A stretch of 64,000 bases of DNA, from NCBI GenBank assembly GCA_964016885.1, contig OZ024744.1, positions 116,994,001 to 117,058,000 on the forward strand. The letters are read 5' to 3'. Origin of the DNA: Eledone cirrhosa (taxonomy: Eukaryota). Made by a program: the position numbers and the translations under genes. The notes below the pieces were generated by a model that saw only the letters and a program-made list of their open reading frames with translations, was not told the DNA's origin and searched no databases. Shown here piece after piece: positions 55,500 through 64,000 of the stretch; the first letter of the stretch is position 1, and every line of letters begins with the position of its first letter.

Positions 55500-58400
55500 C
55501 ATCATGTTAGCATGGGTTTGACAGGTCCTTCTCTGAATCTCTCCACTACTAAGTTCCTTCTTCTCTCTCTTTCTCTCATCCTGACATCATGTTAGCATGG
55601 GTTTGACAGGTCCTTCCCTGAATCTCTCCACTACTGACTTCCTTCTTCTCTCTCTCTCTCATCATGACATCATGTTAGCATGGGTTTGACAGGTCCTTCC
55701 CTGAATCTCTCCACTACTGACTTCCTTCTTCTCTCTCTCTCTCATCCTGACATCATGTTAGCATGGGTTTGACAGGTCCTTCCCTGAATCTCTCCACTAC
55801 TGACTTCCTTCTTCTCTCTCTCTCTCATCCTGACATCATGTTAGCATGGGTTTGACAGGTCCTTCCCTGAATCTCTCCACTACTGACTTCCTTCTTCTCT
55901 CTCTCATCCTGACATCATGTTAGCATGGGTTTGACAGGTCCTTCCCTGAATCTCTCCACTACTGACTTCCTTCTCTCTCTCTCTCATCCTGACATCATGT
56001 TAGCATGGGTCTGACAGGTCCTTCCCTGAATCTCTCCACTACTGACTTCCTTCTTCTCTCTCTCTCTCATCCTGACATCATGTTAGCATGGGTCTGACAG
56101 GTCCTTCCCTGAATCTCTCCACTACTGACTTCCTTCTTCTCTCTCTCTCTCATCCTTACAGCATGTTAGCATGGGTTTGACAGGTCCTTCCCTGAATCTC
56201 TCCACTACTGACTTCCTTCTTCTCTCTCTCTCTCATCCTGACATCATGTTAGCATGGGTTTGACAGGTCCTTCCCTGAATCTCTCCACTACTCAGTTCCT
56301 TCTCTCTCTCTCATCCTGACATCATGTTAGCATGGGTCTGACAGGTCCTTCCCTGAATCTCTCCACTACTGACTTCCTTCTTCTCTCTCTCTCTCATCCT
56401 GACAGCATGTTAGCATGGGTTTGACAGGTCCCTCCCTGAATCTCTCCACTACTGACTTCCTTCTCTCTCTCTCTCATCCTGACATCATGTTAGCATGGGT
56501 CTGACAGGTCCTTCCCTGAATCTCTCCACTACTGACTTCCTTCTTCTCTCTCTCTCTCATCCTGACATCATGTTAGCATGGGTCTGACAGGTCCTTCTCT
56601 GAATCTCTCCACTACTGACTTCCTTCTTCTCTCTCTCTCTCTCTCATCCTGACAGCATGTTAGCATGGGTTTGACAGGTCCTTCCCTGAATCTCTCCATT
56701 ACTGACTTCCTTCTTCTCTCTCTCTCTCATCCTGACATCATGTTAGCATGGGTTTGACAGGTCCTTCTCTGAATCTCGCCACTACTCAGTTCCTTCTTCT
56801 TCTCTCTCTCTCTCATCCTGACATCATGTTAGCATGGGTCCGACAGGTCCTTCTCTGAATTTCTCCACTACTCAGTTCCTTCTTCTCTCTCTCTCTCATC
56901 CTGACATCATGTTAGCATGGGTTTGACAGGTCCTTCCCTGAATCTCTCCACTACTGACTTCCTTCTTCTCTCTCTCTCTCATCCTGACATCATGTTAGCA
57001 TGGGTTTGACAGGTCCTTCCCTGAATCTCTCCACTACTCAGTTCCTTCTTCTCTCTCTCTCTCATCCTGACAGCATGTTAGCATGGGTCTGACAGGTCCT
57101 TCCCTGAATCTCTCCACTACTGACTTCCTTCTTCTCTCTCTCTCTCATCCTGACAGCATGTTAGCATGGGTCTGACAGGTCCTTCCCTGAATCTCTCCAC
57201 TACTGACTTCTTTCTTCTCTCTCTCTCTCTCATCCTGACAGCATGTTAGCATGGGTTTGACAGGTCCTTCCCTGAATCTCTCCACTACTGACTTCCTTCT
57301 TCTCTCTCTCATCCTGACATCATGTTAGCATGGGTCTGACAGGTCCTTCCCTGAATCTCTCCATTACTGACTTCCTTCTTCTCTCTCTCTCTCTCTCATC
57401 CTTACAGCATGTTAGCATGGGTTTGACAGGTCCTTCCCTGAATCTCTCCACTACTGACTTCCTTCTTCTCTCTCTCTCTCATCCTGACATCATGTTAGCA
57501 TGGGTTTGACAGGTCCTTCTCTGAATCTCTCCACTACTCAGTTCCTTCTTCTCTCTCTTTCTCTCATCCTGACATCATGTTAGCATGGGTTTGACAGGTC
57601 CTTCTCTGAATCTCTCCACTACTCAGTTCCTTCTTCTCTCTCTTTCTCTCATCCTGACATCATGTTAGCATGGGTTTGACAGGTCCTTCCCTGAATCTCT
57701 CCACTACTGACTTCCTTCTTCTCTCTCTCTCTCATCCTGACATCATGTTAGCATGGGTTTGACAGGTCCTTCCCTGAATCTCTCCACTACTGACTTCCTT
57801 TTCTCTCTCTCTCATCCTGACATCATGTTAGCATGGGTCTGACAGGTCCTTCCCTGAATCTCTCCACTACTGACTTCCTTCTTCTCTCTCTCTCTCATCC
57901 TGACATCATGTTAGCATGGATCTGACAGGTCCTTCCCTGAATCTCTCCACTACTGACTTCCTTCTTCTCTCTCTCTCTCATACTTACAGCATGTTAGCAT
58001 GGGTTTGACAGGTCCTTCCCTGAATCTCTCCACTACTGACTTCCTTCTTCTCTCTCTCTCTCATCCTGACATCATGTTAGCATGGGTTTGACAGGTCCTT
58101 CCCTGAATCTCTCCACTACTCAGTTCCTTCTCTCTCTCTCATCCTGACATCATGTTAGCATGGGTCTGACAGGTCCTTCCCTGAATCTCTCCACTACTGA
58201 CTTCCTTCTTCTCTCTCTCTCTCATCCTGACAGCATGTTAGCATGGGTTTGACAGGTCCCTCCCTGAATCTCTCCACTACTGACTTCCTTCTCTCTCTCT
58301 CTCATCCTGACATCATGTTAGCATGGGTCTGACAGGTCCTTCCCTGAATCTCTCCATTACTGACTTCCTTCTTCTCTCTCTCTCTCATCCTGACATCATG

Positions 58401-60600
58401 TTAGCATGGGTTTGACAGGTCCTTCTCTGAATCTCTCCACTACTCAGTTCCTTCTTCTCTCTCTCTCTCTCATCCTGACATCATGTTAGCATGGGTCTGA
58501 CAGGTCCTTCTCTGAATCTCTCCACTACTCAGTTCCTTCTTCTCTCTCTCTCTCATCCTGACATCATGTTAGCATGGGTTTGACAGGTCCTTCCCTGAAT
58601 CTCTCCACTACTGACTTCCTTCTTCTCTCTCTCTCTCATCCTGACATCATGTTAGCATGGGTTTGACAGGTCCTTCCCTGAATCTCTCCACTACTCAGTT
58701 CCTTCTTCTCTCTCTCTCTCATCCTGCCAGCATGTTAGCATGGGTCTGACAGGTCCTTCCCTGAATCTCTCCACTACTGACTTCCTTCTTCTCTCTCTCT
58801 CTCATCCTGACAGCATGTTAGCATGGGTCTGACAGGTCCTTCCCTGAATCTCTCCACTACTGACTTCTTTCTTCTCTCTCTCTCTCATCCTGACAGCATG
58901 TTAGCATGGGTTTGACAGGTCCTTCCCTGAATCTCTCCACTACTGACTTCCTTCTTCTCTCTCTCTCTCATCCTGACATCATGTTAGCATGGGTCTGACA
59001 GGTCCTTCCCTGAATCTCTCCATTACTGACTTCCTTCTTCTCTCTCTCTCTCATCCTTACAGCATGTTAGCATGGGTTTGACAGGTCCTTCCCTGAATCT
59101 CTCCACTACTCAGTTCCTTCTTCTCTCTCTTTCTCTCATCCTGACATCATGTTAGCATGGGTTTGACAGGTCCTTCTCTGAATCTCTCCACTACTCAGTT
59201 CCTTCTTCTATCTCTTTCTCTCATCCTGACATCATGTTAGCATGGGTTTGACAGGTCCTTCCCTGAATCTCTCCACTACTGACTTCCTTCTTCTCTCTCT
59301 CTCTCATCCTGACATCATGTTAGCATGGGTTTGACAGGTCCTTCCCTGAATCTCTCCACTACTGACTTCCTTCTCTCTCTCTCTCATCCTGACATCATGT
59401 TAGCATGGGTCTGACAGGTCCTTCCCTGAATCTCTCCACTACTGACTTCCTTCTTCTCTCTCTCTCTCATCCTGACATCATGTTAGCATGGATCTGACAG
59501 GTCCTTCCCTGAATCTCTCCACTACTGACTTCCTTCTTCTCTCTCTCTCTCATCCTTACAGCATGTTAGCATGGGTTTGACAGGTCCTTCCCTGAATCTC
59601 TCCACTACTGACTTCCTTCTTCTCTCTCTCTCTCATCCTGACATCATGTTAGCATGGGTTTGACAGGTCCTTCCCTGAATCTCTCCACTACTCAGTTCCT
59701 TCTCTCTCTCTCATCCTGACATCATGTTAGCATGGGTCTGACAGGTCCTTCCCTGAATCTCTCCACTACTGACTTCCTTCTTCTCTCTCTCTCTCATCCT
59801 GACAGCATGTTAGCATGGGTTTGGCAGGTCCCTCCCTGAATCTCTCCACTACTGACTTCCTTCTCTCTCTCTCTCATCCTGACATCATGTTAGCATGGGT
59901 CTGACAGGTCCTTCCCTGAATCTCTCCATTACTGACTTCCTTCTTCTCTCTCTCTCTCATCCTGACATCATGTTAGCATGGGTTTGACAGGTCCTTCTCT
60001 GAATCTCTCCACTACTCAGTTCCTTCTTCTCTCTCTCTCTCTCATCCTGACATCATGTTAGCATGGGTCTGACAGGTCCTTCTCTGAATCTCTCCACTAC
60101 TCAGTTCCTTCTTCTCTCTCTCTCTCATCCTGACATCATGTTAGCATGGGTTTGACAGGTCCTTCCCTGAATCTCTCCACTACTGACTTCCTTCTTCTCT
60201 CTCTCTCTCATCCTGACATCATGTTAGCATGGGTTTGACAGGTCCTTCCCTGAATCTCTCCACTACTCAGTTCCTTCTTCTCTCTCTCATCCTGACAGCA
60301 TGTTAGCATGGGTCTGACAGGTCCTTCCCTGAATCTCTCCACTACTGACTTCCTTCTTCTCTCTCTCTCTCATCCTGACAGCATGTTAGCATGGGTCTGA
60401 CAGGTCCTTCCCTGAATCTCTCCACTACTGACTTCCTTCTTCTCTCTCTCTCTCATCCTGACAGCATGTTAGCATGGGTTTGACAGGTCCTTCCCTGAAT
60501 CTCTCCACTACTGACTTCCTTCTTCTCTCTCTCTCTCATCCTGACATCATGTTAGCATGGGTCTGACAGGTCCTTCCCTGAATCTCTCCACTACTCAGTT
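55500..60600. repeat. Three related ~1.6-1.8-kb blocks near the array end
   Basis: GGTCCCTCCC at 56432, 58260 and 59832. CATGGATCTG at 57920/59492 (offset 1572, about 19 monomers). CTCTTTCTC variants at ~55571, 57558, 57644, 59131 and 59215. Confidence 0.85.
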
Positions 60601-61372
60601 CCTTCTTCTCTCTCTCTCTCATCCTGACATCATGTTAGCATGGGTCTGACAGGTCCTTCCCTGAATCTCTCCACTACTGACTTCCTTCTTCTCTCTTTCT
60701 CTCATAATGACAGCATGTTAGCATGGGTTTGACAGGTCCTTCCCTGAATCTCTCCACTACTGACTTCCTTCTTCTCTCTCTCTCTCTCATCCTGACATCA
60801 TGTTAGCATGGGTCTGACAGGTCCTTCCCTGAATCTCTCCACTACTGACTTCCTTCTTCTCTCTCTCATCATGACAGCATGTTAGCATGGGTTTGACAGG
60901 TCCTTCCCTGAATCTCTCCACTACTGACTTCCTTCTTCTCTCTCTCTCATCATGACATCATGTTAGCATGGGTCTGACAGGTCCTTCCCTGAATCTCTCC
61001 ACTACTGACTTCCTTCTTCTCTCTCTCTCTCATCATGACAGCATGTTAGCATGGGTTTGACAGGTCCTTCCCTGAATCTCTCCATTACTGACTTCCTTCT
61101 TCTCTCTCTCTCTCATCCTGACATCATGTTAGCATGGGTCTGACAGGTCCTTCCCTGAATCTCTCCACTACTGACTTCCTTCTTCTCTCTCTCTCTCATC
61201 ATGACATCATGTTAGCATGGGTCTGACAGGTCCTTCCCTGAATCTCTCCACTACTGACTTCCTTCTTCTCTCTCTCTCTCATCATGACAGCATGTTAGCA
61301 TGGGTCTGACAGATCCTTCCCTGAATCTCTCCACTACTGACTTCCTTCTCTCTCTCTCTCATCATGACATAA

Positions 61373-61378
61373 AATAAA
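61373..61378 (+). promoter_or_regulatory. Candidate polyadenylation signal AATAAA immediately after the array
   Basis: AATAAA starts 3 nt after the last satellite base, with a CA about 20 nt downstream (61397-61398) followed by T/GT-rich sequence. The context is AT-rich, so a chance match is plausible. Confidence 0.2.
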
Positions 61379-61466
61379 TATATAAAAATGTTTTTTCATT
61401 AATAATCAGATATTTCTGAGATGTTTGGGAAGTAGAGCTTATCAGTCATTGCCACCAATGACAACA

Positions 61467-61572
61467 ATGGTGATCGTGATGATGATTGTGATGGTGGTGA
61501 AGGTGATGATGATGGTGATGATTGTGATGATGATGGTGGTGAGGAAGGTGATGGTGATGATGATTGTGATGT
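61467..61572. repeat. Degenerate (GAT/GGT)n trinucleotide microsatellite
   Basis: About 35 in-phase triplets, mostly GAT/GGT with interspersed TGT, GAA, GAG and CGT. Confidence 0.93.
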
Positions 61573-61612
61573 GTGGGTCTAATTTGGTCACCCATGCTGC
61601 TAGTAACATATA

Positions 61613-61830
61613 TGATGATATACCCACCACCTTAAGGGCTAGACCCCTTTGGTACAGCAGATATTAAAGGCTGATGATATACCCACCACCTTAAGGGCTA
61701 GACCCCTTTGGTACAGCAGATATTAAAGGCTGATGATATACCCACCACCTTAAGGGCTAGACCCCTTTGGTACAGCAGATATTAAAGGCTGATGATATAT
61801 CCACCACCTTAAGGTCTAGACCCCTTTGGT
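61613..61830. repeat. 59-bp minisatellite, 3 identical copies plus a diverged partial fourth
   Basis: The unit TGATGATATACCCACCACCTTAAGGGCTAGACCCCTTTGGTACAGCAGATATTAAAGGC starts at 61613, 61672, 61731 and 61790. Confidence 0.97.
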
Positions 61831-61840
61831 TGTTGGTAAG

Positions 61841-62542
61841 CTGAATAAGGGCTAGAATCCCTTTGGTCAGCTGAATAAGGGTTAGAACACCTTTGGTCAG
61901 CTGAATAAGGGTTAGAATCCCCTTGGTCAGCTGAATAAGGGTTAGAACACCTTTGGTCAGCTTAATAAGGGCTATAATCTCTTTGGTCAGCTGAATAAGG
62001 GTTAGAACACCTTTGGTCAGCTTAATAAGGGCTATAATCTCTTTGGTCAGCTGAATAAGTGTTAGAACACCTTTGGTCAGCTTAATAAGGGCTACAATCT
62101 CTTTGGTCAGCTGAATAAGGGTTAGAACACCTTTGGTCAGCTTAATAAGGGCTATAATCTCTTTGGTCAGCTGAATAAGGGTTAGAACACCTTTGGTCAG
62201 CTTAATAAGGGCTATAATCTCTTTGGTCAGCTGAATAAGGGTTAGAACACCTTTGGTCAGCTTAATAAGGGCTACAATCTCTTTGGTCAGCTGAATAAGT
62301 GTTAGAACACCTTTGGTCAGCTTAATAAGGGCTATAATCTCTTTGGTCAGCTGAATAAGGGTTAGAACACCTTTGGTCAGCTTAATAAGGGCTATAATCT
62401 CTTTGGTCAGCTGAATAAGTGTTAGAACACCTTTGGTCAGCTTAATAAGGGCTATAATCTCTTTGGTCAGCTGAATATGGGTTAGAACACCTTTGGTCAG
62501 CTTAATAAGGGCTATAATCTCTTTGGTCAGCTGAATAAGGGC
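61841..62542. repeat. 30-bp minisatellite (23 units) organised as a 60-bp A/B dimer
   Basis: A=CTGAATAAGGGTTAGAACACCTTTGGTCAG and B=CTTAATAAGGGCTATAATCTCTTTGGTCAG alternate strictly ten times over 61931-62530. Three A-like or hybrid units lie at 61841-61930. Confidence 0.98.
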
Positions 62543-62620
62543 AGATGTTTTTGATTTGACCAATACATTTGAATTTCGTAGCCACAATGAAACTGAGGAA
62601 GCTAGCTGTTACATCTACTT

Positions 62621-62850
62621 ACACACACACGCACACGCACACGCACACGCACACACACTTATACACACATGCACTTATATGCACACGCACTTATATGCCT
62701 ACATACTTATACGCACCCACACACACACATATACGCACACATGCACTCACACACATATACGCACACATGCACTCACACACATATACGCACACATGCACTC
62801 ACACACACGTACATACACATACACACACTCATACATACATACATACACAC
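62621..62850. repeat. Compound (CA)n-type microsatellite containing a 26-bp unit x3
   Basis: Mostly alternating purine-pyrimidine sequence with (CACACG)n and (CATA)n sub-tracts. ACACATATACGCACACATGCACTCAC occurs at 62725, 62751 and 62777. Confidence 0.95.
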
Positions 62851-62944
62851 AGAGAAAATGGATGTTTGCTGGTTTTGATAAGTATTTCTCCTCCCATCAA
62901 CATCTTGTGAGGTTTGAGGGGGTGGAGAGTGACACCTTTATATA

Positions 62945-64000
62945 TTGTTGTTGTTACTGCTGTTGTTGTTGTAGGGGTTGTTGTTAACTGCTGTTGTTGT
63001 TGTAAGGGTTGGTGGTGGTGTTGTTAACTATTGCTCTGGTTGTTGTTGTATTTGGTTGTTGTTGTTGTTGTATTTGGGTGTTGTTGTTGTTAACTATTGC
63101 TCTGGTTGTTGTTGTTGTTGTTGTTAACTACTGCTCTGGTTGTTGTTGTTGTTGTTAACTACTGCTCTGGTTGTTGTTGTTGTTGTTGTTAACTACTGCT
63201 CCGGTTGTTGTTGTTGTTGTTGTTAACTACTGCTCTGGTTGTTGTTGTTGTTGTTGTTAACTACTGCTCTGGTTGTTGTTGTTGTTGTTGTTGTTAACTA
63301 CTGCTCTGGTTGTTGTTGTTGTTGTTGTATTTGGTTGTTGTATTTGGGTGTTGTTGTTGTTAACTATTGCTCTGGTTGTTGTTGTTGTTGTTGTTAACTA
63401 CTGCTCTGGTTGTTGTTGTTGTTGTTGTTAACTACTGCTCTGGTTGTTGTTGTTGTTGTTGTTAACTACTGCTCTGGTTGTTGTTGTTGTTGTTGTTAAC
63501 TACTGCTCTGGTTGTTGTTGTTGTTGTTGTTGTTAACTACTGCTCTGGTTGTTGTTGTTGTTGTTGTTAACTACTGCTCTGGTTGTTGTTGTTGTTGTTA
63601 ACTACTGCTCTGGTTGTTGTTGTTGTTGTTGTTAACTACTGCTCTGGTTGTTGTTGTTGTTGTTGTTAACTACTGCTCTGGTTGTTGTTGTTGTTGTATT
63701 TGGTTGTTGTATTTGGGTGTTGTTGTTGTTAACTATTGCTCTGGTTGTTGTTGTTGTTATTGTTAACTACTGCTCTGGTTGTTGTTGTTGTTATTGTTAA
63801 CTACTGCTCTGGTTGTTGTTGTTGTTGTTGTATTTGGGTGTTGTTGTTGTTAACTATTGCTCTGGTTGTTGTTGTTGTTGTTATTGTTAACTACTGCTCT
63901 GGTTGTTGTTGTTGTTGTTGTTAACTACTGCTCTGGTTGTTGTTGTTAACTATTGCTCTGGTTGTTGTTGTTGTTGTTGTATTTGGTTGTTGTTGTATTT
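62945..64000. repeat. (GTT)n-based compound minisatellite, unit AACTA(C/T)TGCTCTG+(GTT)n, truncated at window end
   Basis: A 13-bp core alternates with variable (GTT)n runs. A second element, TATTTGGGTG, occurs at 63071, 63341, 63710 and 63831. Confidence 0.97.

Larger units (their letters stand above)
1..61370. repeat. 83-bp tandem satellite DNA array (~740 monomers, single orientation, truncated at window start)
   Basis: TGACATCATG recurs at 1, 84, 167, 250 and onward. The consensus monomer has 31 T, 28 C, 13 A and 11 G. Length variants (about 76-87 bp) come almost entirely from the internal TTC/(CT)n tract. I saw no insertions of foreign sequence or inversions. The last partial monomer ends ...CATCATGACAT at 61370. 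Confidence 0.99.

Noticed and set aside
1-61370. CRISPR array
   Set aside because: There are no unique spacers (the whole monomer repeats), no cas genes, and the context is eukaryote-like.
1-61370. Hammerhead ribozyme in the 83-bp satellite, as in newt, schistosome or cricket satellites
   Set aside because: Neither strand of the consensus contains CUGANGA together with GAAA.
1-61370. Tandem C/D snoRNA cluster on the minus strand
   Set aside because: AUGAUGA and CUGA arise only in separate minority variants (TCATCAT and CTCAG on +). The consensus lacks both, and I saw no terminal stem.
61587-61618. Inverted remnant of the satellite (ACCCATGCT)
   Set aside because: The exact match is only 9 bp, which is expected by chance in a 2.6-kb flank.
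61425-61667. M/V/I-rich and I/T-rich ORFs on both strands
   Set aside because: They are translations of the (GAT/GGT)n microsatellite.
61876-62490. Telomere-like AGGGTTAG in A units
   Set aside because: There is a single partial motif per 60 bp and no tandem TTAGGG, which is insufficient to call telomeric or subtelomeric sequence.
62556-62987. Three overlapping His/Thr-rich ORFs
   Set aside because: All three frames are open because (CA)n lacks stops. This is a typical microsatellite artefact.
63736-63924. Poly-Leu/Val/Cys ORF resembling a signal peptide or Cys-rich protein
   Set aside because: It is (GTT)n read in rotating frames, because the 13+3n units shift frame each repeat.

Overview
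Entirely non-coding, eukaryote-like repetitive DNA. Positions 1-61370 (about 96% of the window; the array runs off the left edge) are one uninterrupted head-to-tail satellite array of an 83-bp monomer, roughly 740 copies by length. Consensus: TGACATCATGTTAGCATGGGT(T/C)TGACAGGTCCTTCCCTGAATCTCTCCACTACTGACTTCCTTCTTCTCTCTCTCTCTCATCC. It is 47% GC, 71% pyrimidine on +, and has no CpG. Rare shared variants reveal nested kb-scale duplications (about 7.7, 2.1, 4.6-4.8, 3-3.9, 2.1-2.4, 5.45 and 1.6-1.8 kb) rather than one fixed higher-order repeat. The array ends abruptly at an AT-rich patch containing AATAAA. It is followed by a (GAT/GGT)n microsatellite, a 59-bp minisatellite, a related 30/60-bp dimeric minisatellite, a compound (CA)n tract and a (GTT)n-based minisatellite. 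I cannot support any protein gene, tRNA, rRNA, transposon or CRISPR array. The most interesting, though speculative, observation is that each + strand monomer reads like a miniature intron 3' end (branch point TACTGAC, polypyrimidine tract, YAG) and carries several splicing-regulator motifs and a small hairpin. All coordinates and offsets were read by eye.
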